Origin: Candidatus Latescibacterota bacterium
GTDB lineage: Bacteria > Latescibacterota > UBA2968 > UBA8231
Reading direction: 5' to 3'
NCBI GenBank assembly: GCA_964291625.2
Contig: OZ220089.1
Span: forward strand, 3,584,001 to 3,648,000
DNA: 64,000 nt
Part shown: piece after piece, positions 20,716-30,660 of the stretch
How the letters are laid out: each line of letters begins with the position of its first letter
Numbering within the stretch: the stretch's first letter is position 1
The notes under the pieces: generated by a model
Databases searched by the model: none
Told to the model about the DNA's origin: nothing
Seen by the model: the letters and a program-made list of their open reading frames with translations, nothing else
Program-made: the position numbers and the translations under genes

Positions 20716-20779
20716 CAACGTATCCGTTGGCAACGATCTTGTTGGCAACGAATTTGTTGGTAAGGCCGGGAAATGTCAA
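20716..20779 (-). promoter_or_regulatory. Sigma70-like promoter (TTGACA-17-CAAATT) overlapped by three tandem CAAC-N6-GTTG palindromes
   Basis: tgtcaa at 20774-20779; palindromes at 20716-20729, 20731-20744, 20746-20759 (15-bp period), just upstream of the ATPase start. Confidence 0.7.
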
Positions 20780-20849
20780 GGGGGGCTATTGCCCGCGTCC
20801 CGAGAATTCGCAGCAGCTGCCCGAATCGGCCGCAGGGCGCGGCCGTGGA

Positions 20850-21601
20850 TCAGATCCAGTCCTGGGGATCTTGTGCCAGGATGACTTCGCTCAACGGGGC
20901 AAAGAGGACCGGCCGGTAGTGTAGAAAGGGACCAGCCGGCCCGTCTCATCCGGCTTCAGTTCAGAGCGCATCCAGTCACTCAGCATCTCCGGATCGCCGG
21001 CATCCTCGACTTGCCTCCACTCTTCCCCCAGGCCGTTCCATCGTTTCTCGCGCGCCGACCGGAGCCGTTCCGAGTTGAGGTTCAGAATCTCGATGGTGCG
21101 AGTCACGCGGTCGGGGGGAAAGCCGGCCGTGCCGCATGCGCTTTCATCGGCCTCGATCAACCCGTTGTCGATCACCCGCAGAAGCGACGGCAACGCGGGA
21201 AGGCCCCGGGGGTCGACAAAGCGCTCGTCGCTCTGATTCCCCTTCGCCTGGCCGCAGCTCGGTTTCCCGCGCTTGCGATTGCCCTCCTCCGAGTCGGGAA
21301 CCGAAAGGGCTGTACCAGGACAGCAGGCGACCATGTTGGCTATGTCGAGGGCCTTGGCTTGGCCCGATTCGGCGTCGCTCTGCGGGATCACGTGCTCCAC
21401 CTGACGATGCCGTCCACCAATCGCAATCTCGCAGTAGGCGCAGAGGCCGCGCTGGCTCAGGGTCAGTGATTCCCTGAGTTCCTCGTACGATGCTCCGGAA
21501 GTGTGAGAACGGAACTCGACCCAGTTTGCCTTCGCGCCGACGGAAGCGAGGTATGCGGCCAGGCCGGGAGTCGGGTCGTTGACTTCGCGGATCTTCTTCA
21601 C
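20850..21601 (-). CDS. ptuB: PtuB/TIGR02646-type HNH endonuclease; probable one-base frameshift near 20905
   Basis: Q.GLCAYCE, VEHVIPQS, NMVACC, SCGQAK; GTGA overlap with ATPase; as written stops at 20891, shifted frame continues FAPLSEVILAQDPQDWI* to 20850. Confidence 0.75.
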
Positions 21602-22899
21602 CTCGACTCGAACCGCTGGCTGAACAGCTTGCGCCGCCGGATCTCGAGGTCGGCACGATCGAGGGCCGGATCCTGGGGGGACATGTCCTCCAAGCGCGTC
21701 CGCAAGTCCTGGGCTTCCTTGGATTCCCATTGTTCCTCCCTGATCAGATGCCGGTAACGATCCAGGGTCTTTGTGAAGTCGTTCTCTGGCGGCCGTTCGC
21801 CTACGCCCATCACCACGGATAGAACGTCGCCGGCCTCGGCTCCGAACGTCGGCCCGGCCGGGGCCCCGGCGACGACGCGGTCGCCGTCGTGAGAGAGTTC
21901 CACGATCCCGTGAGGCTCGACAGTAGTCAGTACCTGCGGGCTGTGGGTTGATACGATGAACTGGGAGTTCGGAAACGTGCGCCTGAGATCGCCAAGGATC
22001 CGCTGCTGCCAGCTCGGATGCAGATGCAGTTCCACCTCGTCGATCAGGACGATCGCTTCGGATTCGAGGGGGTCGTCGAGATGGGGGTTTCCCTGGGCCA
22101 TTCGGCGAGCGAGGTCCGCGGCGAGGGCAAGCATTATGCGGTAGCCGCCGCTCAACTGGTCGAGGGAGAGCTTCTTCATCCCTCCTTGTTGCGGTCTCAC
22201 GGATACTACAAGCTGGAGCGGATTCAGCTCGGTGCGCGGTTCGGACACCTCAGGGAGCATGGAGGTAATCGCCTGGCGAACCGTGGACAGATCGTCCAAC
22301 TGGTATTCGAAATCGCGCCGCTCCTTCTGTTCCCTCAGCTCCTCGTCTTCCTTGATAAAAAACCAGCCCAGGAGGCCCTTGAAGTCCGTGCGGGCAGACA
22401 AGGCTCCTTCCAAGGCAGCGAACCGGACGAATGGACTGACAGTCTTGGGTTACCGTGGCGCCTTCCGCACACCCGAGACGTTGCGGTCGGTGCTGTAGAA
22501 GGCAACGATCGGCAGATCGCCAACTGGCTCTTGTACGTCCGCATTCCGGGGCAGGCCCATGCTTTCCAGCAACCTGCCAAGGCCAACCAGTCTCTTGGCC
22601 ACCGCCCTGTCATCACCCTGCTTTCCCCCTTGTCGTTCCCAGGTGGTTCCATCGGTTGCGGTGAGCGATACGCGCGGAGCCTCCGCGCCAGTGCGTTGAT
22701 CCTCCTCGGAGAAGTCAAGGCCCGATCTGTCCTGAGGCAGCAAGTCCGAGATCGCCCCCAGGCCCACGGCGATCGCGCTCAAGACACTTGTCTTGCCCTG
22801 TCCATTGGGGCCGTAGAAGACCGTCAGGGACGGGTCGAGGGGGAGCGTGAGCTGCTCGATGGCGCGGTAGTTCTCGATCTCCACGGATTTCAGCTTCAC
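21598..22899 (-). pseudogene. ptuA: PtuA-like ABC/AAA_21 ATPase (Septu-like) with in-frame TAA at 22450-22452
   Basis: IENYRAI, GPNGQGKT, LSGGYR signature, LIDEVELHLHPSWQ, STHSP; both halves lie in the same frame. Confidence 0.8.
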
Positions 22900-22990
22900 G
22901 GTAGCCTCTCTTCCGCTCGGCGCTCGGTCAGAAACCGCTATATCCGCCCACCAGGATAGGCGAGATGGGCCATGAGAAAGATAACCACCC

Positions 22991-23719
22991 TCACTCCACC
23001 GAGCCCTGCCCCAGCGGCTTGACCACCAACTCCGAGATCACCACCCGCGGAGGCAGCGCCGCTACGTAGATCACCACGTCGGCGATGTCCTCGGGTTGCA
23101 GGATCCGCGCCTTGTGCTCGTCGGAGACCTTCACCGGCCGCTGGTCGAGGATGGGGGTGTTGATCTCGCCGGGGGAGATGACGCTGGCGCGGATGCCGTG
23201 CTTCGCCTCCTCGAGGTTGACGGTCTGGGTGACGACGGACATGGCGTGCTTGGCGGCGGAGTAGGCGGCGCCGGCGAGGACGCCGGGGGCGGTGCCGGCC
23301 ACGGAGGAGATGGCGATCACGAGGCCGTCCCGCTGGCGGCGCATGATGGGCAGGACCTCGTGGAGGGTGTTGAAGGCGCCGGTGGCGTTGACGTCCATCT
23401 GCAGGTCCCAGTTCTCCGGGGAGAGCTTCTCCAGGGAGCGGTCGACGACGTTGACGCCGGCGTTGTTGACGAGCACGTCGACGCGGCCGAACTCGCCCAG
23501 GGTCCAGTCGACGACCTCCTTCACGCGGGCCCGGTCCCGGACGTCGCCGGCCATGGGGTGGGCGCCGTCGCCGGCCTTGTCGCAGGCGGCCCTCAGCCGG
23601 GTCTCGTCGCGGCCCATGGTCACCACCTGGGCGCCCTCGCGCACGCAGCCCTCGACGATGGCGGCGCCGGCGCCGGAGCCGCCGCCGGTGACGATGAATA
23701 CCTGGTCCTTGAGCTTCAT
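22991..23719 (-). CDS. SDR family oxidoreductase
   Basis: TGGGSGAG, NNAG, YSAAK, ISPGEINT. Confidence 0.9.
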   Translation of the reverse strand: MKLKDQVFIVTGGGSGAGAAIVEGCVREGAQVVTMGRDETRLRAACDKAGDGAHPMAGDVRDRARVKEVVDWTLGEFGRVDVLVNNAGVNVVDRSLEKLSPENWDLQMDVNATGAFNTLHEVLPIMRRQRDGLVIAISSVAGTAPGVLAGAAYSAAKHAMSVVTQTVNLEEAKHGIRASVISPGEINTPILDQRPVKVSDEHKARILQPEDIADVVIYVAALPPRVVISELVVKPLGQGSVE

Positions 23720-24555
23720 TCCACCACCTCCTCGCCGAAGATCTGGGTGCGGTTCATGATGCGGCGCTGATCGTCGGGGAAGGGCAGACGCCGGTGGCTG
23801 GTGGGGCGGTTGTCCCACATCACCAGGTCGCCCACCCGCCACTGGTGGGTCCAGACGAACCGCGGCTGGTCCATGTGGGCGTAGAGTTCGGCGAGGATGG
23901 CGCGGCTCTCCTCCTCGCTCACCCCGTGGATGTGGTGGGTCAGGTGAGGGCTCACGTAGAGGGACGGCCGCCCGGTCTCGGGATGGCGCCGCACCACGGG
24001 ATGGATCGTCGGCTCGGGGGGGTTCTGCTCGTCCACGTGGTGGCGGTGCACGGCGCGCAGCTTGCGCACCTCGGCCTGGCGCTCCGGCGGCAGGGCGTCG
24101 TACGCGGCGCGGCCGTCGCACCACTGGGTGTCGCCGCCGGCGGGGGGGATCTCCACGGCGTAGAGCAGCGAGATCGTCCCCGGCCTGGGCAGGTAGGAGA
24201 GGTCGGAGTGGAAGTCGATCAGCTCGCTGCCGAGGGCGCCGATGGGCTCGCCGTTCTCCTTCACGTTGGAGATGATGAAGATCTCCTTGACGCGGCGCTC
24301 GCGCTGCTTGCGCACGTGCTCCACGGGCCGGCCGAAATACGACGTGAAGCGCACCTGGTCCTCGTCGGTGATGCGCTGGTCGCGGAAGACGAGGACGCAG
24401 TGTTCGAGCAGGGCGGCGCGCACCTGCTTCACCTGCTCCGGGGTCAGCTCGCGGCCGAGGTCGAGGCCGCGGATCTCGGCGCCGAGAGCGCCGCCGGAGG
24501 GCCGAACGCGCAGCTCCGCGCCGGTGGTGACGGTCATGCCGTTCTCCTCAGACAT
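23716..24555 (-). CDS. TauD/TfdA Fe(II)/2-oxoglutarate dioxygenase
   Basis: LGAEI.G.DL, FHSD, GGDT, HPVV..HPETGR, WDNR..SHR. Confidence 0.9.
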   Translation of the reverse strand: MSEENGMTVTTGAELRVRPSGGALGAEIRGLDLGRELTPEQVKQVRAALLEHCVLVFRDQRITDEDQVRFTSYFGRPVEHVRKQRERRVKEIFIISNVKENGEPIGALGSELIDFHSDLSYLPRPGTISLLYAVEIPPAGGDTQWCDGRAAYDALPPERQAEVRKLRAVHRHHVDEQNPPEPTIHPVVRRHPETGRPSLYVSPHLTHHIHGVSEEESRAILAELYAHMDQPRFVWTHQWRVGDLVMWDNRPTSHRRLPFPDDQRRIMNRTQIFGEEVVE

Positions 24556-25309
24556 GGCAGGTGGCGAAGGTGGTCTTCAGGGACTCGATGGGGTCGCCCT
24601 TGGGCGAGTACTCGTGGCCCACGTAGCCGTTGTAGCCGGTGGCGGCGATGGCCCGCATGACGGCGGGGTAGTAGATCTCCTGGGTGTCGTCGGGATCGTT
24701 GCGCCCCGGGTTGCCGGCGGTGTGGAAGTGGGAGATCCACTCGATGTTGTCGGTGATCGTGCGGATCAGGTCGCCCTCCATGATTTGCATGTGGTAGATG
24801 TCGTAGAGCAGCTTCACCCGCGGCGAGTCGACGGTCCGGCACAGACGCGCCCCCCACTCGGTGCGGTCGCACTGGTAGTCGGGGTGGTTGACCCGGCTGT
24901 TGAGCAGCTCCATGCACAGGTTGACGCCCTTCTCCTCGGCGTAGCCCTTCACCCGCAGCAGGCCCTCCACGCAGTTGTCGAAGCCCTCCTCGTCGGACCG
25001 GTCCTCGAGGTTGCCGGAGAACGTGATGAGCGACGGGATGCCGTGCTCGACGGCCTTGTCGATGCTCTCCTTCAGCTCCGCCTCGATGCGGCCGTGGTTG
25101 CCGCGGTTGTTGAGGCCGTCGGGCAGGGAGGCGTGGCCGGAGACGATGGCGATGTCGAGGCCGTGATCCCGCACCAGCGGCCAGTGCTCCTCGGGAAGCA
25201 TCTCGACGGAGACGAAGCCGATCCCGGCGGCGGCGGCGATGCCCTCCGCCGGGTTGTCGAAACCGCGGGCGAGGGGGCCGTAGCAGACGGACTGACGGAT
25301 CGAGGTCAC
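24548..25309 (-). CDS. hyi: Hydroxypyruvate isomerase family (AP endonuclease 2 TIM barrel)
   Basis: ELLNSRVNHPDY, LYDIYHMQIMEGD, HTAGNPGR, GYVGHEY. Confidence 0.8.
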   Translation of the reverse strand: MTSIRQSVCYGPLARGFDNPAEGIAAAAGIGFVSVEMLPEEHWPLVRDHGLDIAIVSGHASLPDGLNNRGNHGRIEAELKESIDKAVEHGIPSLITFSGNLEDRSDEEGFDNCVEGLLRVKGYAEEKGVNLCMELLNSRVNHPDYQCDRTEWGARLCRTVDSPRVKLLYDIYHMQIMEGDLIRTITDNIEWISHFHTAGNPGRNDPDDTQEIYYPAVMRAIAATGYNGYVGHEYSPKGDPIESLKTTFATCHV

Positions 25310-25358
25310 GGGCAAACTCCCTTCGGAGACGGGTGAGCGTCGGAGGGAAAGAGGATGG

Positions 25359-26540
25359 TCAATCGGCGGAGGCCCGCAAGTAGCCGAGCTGAAAGCGGGC
25401 GACCTCGTCCTCGGGATCGAGCTCCAGTACCTGGTGGTAGCGGCGGGCGGCGGCCTCGGCGTCACCCTTCACCCGGGCCAGGCTCGCCAGGCCGTGGAGC
25501 AGTTCCTTGCGCTGCGGCAGCCGCTCCTCCAGCGCCAGCAGCTGCATCTCCGCGTCCACCAGGAAGTCGGGCACGTGGGGCTGCCCCGCGCCGCTGCCGA
25601 GGCGGCCCAACGTCCGAGCCACGGCGCCGCCCAGGCCGCCTCCACCGCCCACCCCACCGCCGCCCGGGGCGAGACGGGCTTCCATGCGCTCGATCCCGCG
25701 GCCGGCGCAGCGCAGGAAGGCGGCGGCCGCCTCCTCGGTCCGTCCCAGCTCGAGGAGCACGGCGCCGCGGTTGTAGTGGACGGCGGGATTGCCGGCGTCG
25801 GTCTCGGCCAGCTCGTCGTACACGGCCAGCTCGCCGTTGCGGTCGCCGGCCTCGTCGCGCTCCCGGGCCAGCCGGTGGAGGCGCCGCACCGAGCGGCGTC
25901 CGGTGCCGGTGGTCTCCATCGCCTCCTCGCGGCGCTCGGGGGGCACCAGCAGGGAGGTGGTGGGATCGCCCTCCGGCGTGAAGGGGGGACCCCGCAGGAC
26001 GTGGGGGATGCCGGCCTCGGCGAGACGGTCGGCCAGGGCCCGCACGTCGTCGGCCTCCTCGCTGCGGACGACGATCTCCCATTCGTCGAGGTGGTGGCCC
26101 TCGCCCGCCTGGTCCCGCCAGTCCCGCAACGCCAGGAAGGTCTCCAGGAGGGCCCGCGCCGCATCGGTCTCGTCCACCAGGTACGAGAGGCCGTAGCTCT
26201 CCCCCTCGTAGTTGTGGGCCACCCAGCCCCAGGCCTCGCGCTGCAGGATCAGGGTCTCGCCGAGGCAGTCGGTGAAGGCGGCCACGGCGCCGCGCGGGAC
26301 TTCGTCGTTGATCAGGGCCGCCGCCTCGGCCGCGGTCAGGGTGGTCTCGCGGTCGCGGCCGAGCCGCACGGAGACCCGGTCCATCACCGCCTCCACGGTG
26401 AGGCCGCGGCGGTCCAGCTCGCGGCCGGCCTCGTCGATGAGGGCGGCCGAGTTGGTCTCGCGGTCGACGGTGAGGGCGCGCACGAGAGCGGCGTCGTCGA
26501 GGCTGGCGCAGTGCTCGCGGATGGCCTGGCGTTCCTGCAT
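25359..26540 (-). CDS. TPR-containing protein with DUF2007-like domain
   Basis: LAEAGIP DUF2007-like motif; TPRs (VHYNRGAVLLELGR; YHQVLELDP). Confidence 0.7.
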   Translation of the reverse strand: MQERQAIREHCASLDDAALVRALTVDRETNSAALIDEAGRELDRRGLTVEAVMDRVSVRLGRDRETTLTAAEAAALINDEVPRGAVAAFTDCLGETLILQREAWGWVAHNYEGESYGLSYLVDETDAARALLETFLALRDWRDQAGEGHHLDEWEIVVRSEEADDVRALADRLAEAGIPHVLRGPPFTPEGDPTTSLLVPPERREEAMETTGTGRRSVRRLHRLARERDEAGDRNGELAVYDELAETDAGNPAVHYNRGAVLLELGRTEEAAAAFLRCAGRGIERMEARLAPGGGGVGGGGGLGGAVARTLGRLGSGAGQPHVPDFLVDAEMQLLALEERLPQRKELLHGLASLARVKGDAEAAARRYHQVLELDPEDEVARFQLGYLRASAD

Positions 26541-26544
26541 GCGG

Positions 26545-26715
26545 CTACAGGGGCAGGCGCCGGCGGGGCCGGTCCTCGGCGGGAGCCTTGCCGCGGAAGA
26601 GGCCGACCACCCGGCTGGCCGCCCACCAGATGAGGACGAAGAGGGCGGCGAGGCTGTACTCGAAGAAGTCGGACTGGATCCAGCGGGAGAACTGCCGGTA
26701 GAGGTCCTCGATCAC
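26545..26715 (-). CDS. Small single-TM membrane protein (56 aa)
   Basis: GTG start; MIEDLYRQFSRWIQSDFFEYSLAALFVLIWWAASRVVGLF...; fills the gap in a co-oriented run of genes. Confidence 0.5.
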   Translation of the reverse strand: MIEDLYRQFSRWIQSDFFEYSLAALFVLIWWAASRVVGLFRGKAPAEDRPRRRLPL

Positions 26716-26723
26716 GGGAAGCC

Positions 26724-28373
26724 TCAGGCGGCGCGGGCGGAGGAGAACCCGGTCAGCAGCCGCACCAGGGCCGGCTCCGGGCGGCCGCGGCGGGAGAGCA
26801 GGGCGTCGAGGGGGGTCCGGCCGCGGCGGTCCCGCCGACCCGGGTCGGCCCCCTCCAGCAGCAGGAAGGCGACCGCGTCGGCGTCGCGCCGGGCCGCGGC
26901 CCGGTGCAGGACCGTGGCGCCCGCGTCTCCGGCGGCGTCGATGTCGGCGCCGGCCTCCAGCAGCAGCTGCATGGCGGCGATCACGTCGGCGCCGCGGCCT
27001 CCCTTCAGGGTGTGGTGCAGGGGCGTCTCCCCCTGACGGTCGCGGGCGTCGACGCGGGCCCCGCGGTCGAGGAAGAGCGCCATCGTCTCGAGGAACCCGG
27101 CCTTGGCCGCCGCGTGCAGCGGACAGCGCCCGTCGGCCTGCGGGGCGTTGACGTCGGCGCCGAAGTCGAGGAATGCCCGGGCCAGGGCGGGGCCGCCGCC
27201 GCGGCTGCGGATGTCGGCGGAGCACGAGAGCCGCACCCAGCGCGAGTCCCCCATGTTGGCGGCGCTCGCCGCCAGCAGCCTGGCGATGGCGCCGTCGACC
27301 ACCCAGGGGCCGGGGATCACCTCGGCCGGGTCGGCGCCGTGATCGATCAGCAGCCTCACCAGGTCGGCGCGCCGGATGCGGGCGGCGCGGTCGAGCAACC
27401 CGCGGCTGTGGGGGCGCACCTCGGCGCCCCGGTCCAGCAGCAGCTCCGCCGCCTCGGCGCGGCCGGCGCCCACGGCGTGGGCCAGCGGCGTCACCGGCCA
27501 CACGTCCTCGGCGCGCTGGGTCTCGTGGACGCGGGCCGGGGTCGGCGTCGAGAAGGCGGCGCAACTCGGCGATGTCCCCGAGGAAGGCGGCGGTGTGGAC
27601 GTCGATCCGGGCGCCGCGGGAGATCAGCAGGTCCGCCGTCTCGCGGTGGCCCCGCCAGAGGGCGGCGCAGAGGGGGGTCAGCATCAGGTCGGCGCCCACG
27701 GCGTCCAGCCGGGAGGCCGTCGAGCTGAGGCCCGGCTCGCAAGGGTCGGCGCCGCTGATCGAGAAGGAAGCGGGCGATCCGCAGCCGCCCGCGCCAGGCC
27801 GCCTCCCAGAGCAGGGTGCGGCCGCCGGGACCGCTGATCTTCGGCATCAGGGGATCGTCCTCGAGGGCGGCCTCCAGCCCCGGCCGGTCGTCCGCGGCGA
27901 TGCGGGCGACAGGCTCGCGGAAGAGCCTGGGAGCGCACGCAGCGCAGGTCCCGCGGCATCAGGGGCCGGCGCTCCTCCTGGTCGTTGACCACGTGCCCGG
28001 CCAGCCGGCGCAGGGCGGCCATCACCTCGGCGGCGGCATCGGCGGGCGCGCCCACCTGCCGCAGGGCCGCCTCGAAATGCTCCAGCCAGCGCTCCGAGTG
28101 CCCGGGGGTGATGAACAGGTGGCCGTGGAAGCGGCGCATGCCGGTGCGGGCGGTGCGGGAGTAGCCCGGGGGCCCGCCCAGCCACTCGACGAAGAACTCC
28201 TTCACCCGCTCCCGGCCCTGGCGCAGGTGGAAGTCGTGGAAGAGGGGCTTCAGCTCGCCGTCGGCGGCGATGGCGTCGTAGAAGGCGTCGATCAGGCGGT
28301 GCACGCCCCCGGCGCCTCCGAGGCGGCCCAGCAGCGACGGGTCGGGGTGGAAGGGGGTGCGGCGGGCGGTCAC
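26724..28373 (-). pseudogene. Group II truncated haemoglobin fused to ankyrin repeats; three frameshifts (~27925, ~27755, ~27540), pseudogene or read errors
   Basis: LGGAGGVHRLIDAFY, EWLGGPPGYS, MRRFH, WLEHF globin motifs, then TLLWEAA, TPLCAA, TPLAHA, CPLHAAA, TPLHH, TVLHRAA ankyrin repeats in successive frames. Confidence 0.75.
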
Positions 28374-28375
28374 GC

Positions 28376-29334
28376 TCAGTCCCGGCGCAGCCACAGGCGG
28401 ACGTAGTGGCGCCGCTCGGCCGCCTCCGGGTGATCGGTGAAGGCGGTGCGGTTGTGCAGGATCCAGTGGTTGTTGGTGAACAGCATCTGCCCCGGCCGCA
28501 GGTCGAACTCGACGCGCATCCCGGGCCGCGCCAGGACCTCCTCCACGGCCTCGAGAAGCTGGCCCTGGCCGGGGGACAGGGCCTCGCCGGCGCGCTCCTG
28601 GCCGACCTCGATGTAGTAGGCCATGTAGCGCATGGAGAGCTCGCCGTCGTCGCGGGCGAAGAGCCGGCGGCGGGCGATGGGAGGCTCCCCCGGGCCCTCC
28701 TGGCCGCGGCGGTCGAACCAGAAGGCGCCGTGGAGGGTTTCGGGGTCGACGTCGGGCAGCAGCTCGTTGTAGAGGGTCAGGGCGTTGACCAGCTGGCTGC
28801 GGCCCCCCTCGAGGGCGGCGCGCCGGCAGAGGAGGCCCACGAAGTCGGGCAGCAGGTCGTTGAAGGCGTTGTCCGTGTGGAAGGTGCTCTCGGCGCGGGT
28901 CACCGAGAACCGGGCGCCGTCGGTGACGGAGCGGCCGGTGTCGCGCACGTCGTAGAGCAGGGTGCCGGCCACGTCCTGGGCGAAGGGGCGGCCGAGGAGC
29001 CGGCCGAGGGCCCAGTAGGCGGAGACGGCGGCGCCGCCGAAGCGGGACTCGTCGAGGCCTTCGACGATGGCGAACCCGCGGCCCTGGTCCAGCTCCTCGC
29101 GCACCGGGGCCAGCTGACGAGCGCAGGAGGGCAGCCGGGGGCGGTCGAGGCTCGGCGAGCCGGAGAGGGCCTCGCGCGACGGGTCCGGCTGCTCGGCGCA
29201 GGACGGCAGGGGGAGGCCCTCCAGCTCGCGCAGGGAGTCCTCGCCGAGGACGGTGGTCCAGGCCGAGGCGTCGCCGGCGGTGGCCGCGGTCCACACGCGG
29301 GGCCGCGGATCGGCTCCAGGGTCTGGCTCTGCAT
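28376..29334 (-). CDS. TauD/CAS-like Fe(II)/2OG dioxygenase; one-base frameshift near 29300
   Basis: FHTD, VGLLC, GGRSQ, NNHWILHNRT, RHYVRLWL; ATG at 29334 is out of frame by one base at a G/C run. Confidence 0.8.
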
Positions 29335-29446
29335 GGGGTGAGAAGATAGGGAGGCGCGTTGCCTTCGGCTCGAACGGTCCGGTGGTGCGCCGCCGGCAGG
29401 AGCCGGCTATCTTCAGGCCCCACGCACCCACGGATCGAGGGCGGAA

Positions 29447-30577
29447 ATGACCACGCCAGCCGAGCAGACCATCCCACCCGGGGCCGCGCCCTGCCGCGAT
29501 CTCCTGCGGCCCGAGGTCCTGGCCGCCTTCGACCGCGACCGCTTCGAGCGCGAGGGTTACTGGGTCTGGGACGGGGTCCTCACCGACGAGGGCCGCCGCC
29601 GCTGGACGGCCTCCCTGCAGCGGCTCCAGGCGATGAACGACGCCCTCCTCACCGGCACCGACTGGGGCGCCGTCGACTACGCCGCCCGCGGCCTCCCGGC
29701 CCCCGATCCGAAGACCTGTACCCCGGAATCCCTGGCCGCCTGCTGCGGCGGCTCCGAGCAGATGCGGGTCATCCAGCTCACCCCCGGCCTGCGCGACTAC
29801 ATGAAGGACCAGGGCCTCTTCGGGCCCGGCACCGTCCCCGGGGCCGACGGCCGCGAGTGGCAGGGGGTCATGCCCGAGTACTTCTCCCCCGCCTACGACG
29901 ACTTCATCCTCGACGCGACCACCACCCATCCGCAGATGATGGACCTCCTCGGCAAGCTCCTGGGGCCGCGGGTCCTGCTCGATCACATCCTGATGCTGAA
30001 CCGCCCGCCGGGGTCGACGGGCCGTCGCTGGCACGCCCACGGCTACCGCCAGGGCCAGCACGAGACCGAGGACGTCCAAGGCCGCGACAACGACCGCCCG
30101 CCGAGCCGGGAGTACTTCCCGCTCCAGTGCGTGCGCACCCTCTGCTATCCCGAGGGCATGGGCGCCGACGACGGGGGCGGCGAGCTGGCCGTGGTCCCCG
30201 GCGCCCACCTCTACCGCAGCCCCTACCTGTGGAACACCGGGCGCAGCGAGTTCGACGAGGAGTTCCAGGCCGGCTGGATGCGGGGCCGGGTCCACGCCTT
30301 CACCGGCGAGCCCCTGCGCATCGAGGTCCTCTCCCTGAACCCGGGCAGCATGGTCTCCTTCGTCCACCACATGCCCCACCGCGTCGGCTTCCGCGACGAC
30401 GACGCCCCCACCCGCTGGGGGCTGCTGATGGCCTACCGCACGCCCGACCCGGACGAGGCGGAGACGGCCCGCTGGAACGAGGGGGTCCCGGTCCACTGGG
30501 CCGATCGCCAGGAGGCCGCCGGCCGGATCACCGAACCGATGCGCCGCGTCTTCGAGGGAGACAACCCGCCGGCCTGA
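29447..30577 (+). CDS. Phytanoyl-CoA dioxygenase (PhyH)-like protein with variant HxH motif
   Basis: FEREGY.V.DGVL, WHAH, GGELAVVPGAH, PGSMV....PHR. Confidence 0.75.
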   Translation: MTTPAEQTIPPGAAPCRDLLRPEVLAAFDRDRFEREGYWVWDGVLTDEGRRRWTASLQRLQAMNDALLTGTDWGAVDYAARGLPAPDPKTCTPESLAACCGGSEQMRVIQLTPGLRDYMKDQGLFGPGTVPGADGREWQGVMPEYFSPAYDDFILDATTTHPQMMDLLGKLLGPRVLLDHILMLNRPPGSTGRRWHAHGYRQGQHETEDVQGRDNDRPPSREYFPLQCVRTLCYPEGMGADDGGGELAVVPGAHLYRSPYLWNTGRSEFDEEFQAGWMRGRVHAFTGEPLRIEVLSLNPGSMVSFVHHMPHRVGFRDDDAPTRWGLLMAYRTPDPDEAETARWNEGVPVHWADRQEAAGRITEPMRRVFEGDNPPA

Positions 30578-30660
30578 CCGGCGCCCGCGGCGCCCGGTCC
30601 GGCACCCGCCGGCCTGAGGCGCCGGCGGACTACCCGAACGTCACATCAGGAGCGAGAGCG

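Noticed and set aside
20716-20759. Mini CRISPR array
   Set aside because: 15-bp period with 6-nt spacers is far too short and there are no cas genes; better explained as operators
20850-22990. Retron (HNH resembles retron-associated effectors)
   Set aside because: No reverse transcriptase or msr/msd-like region in the window
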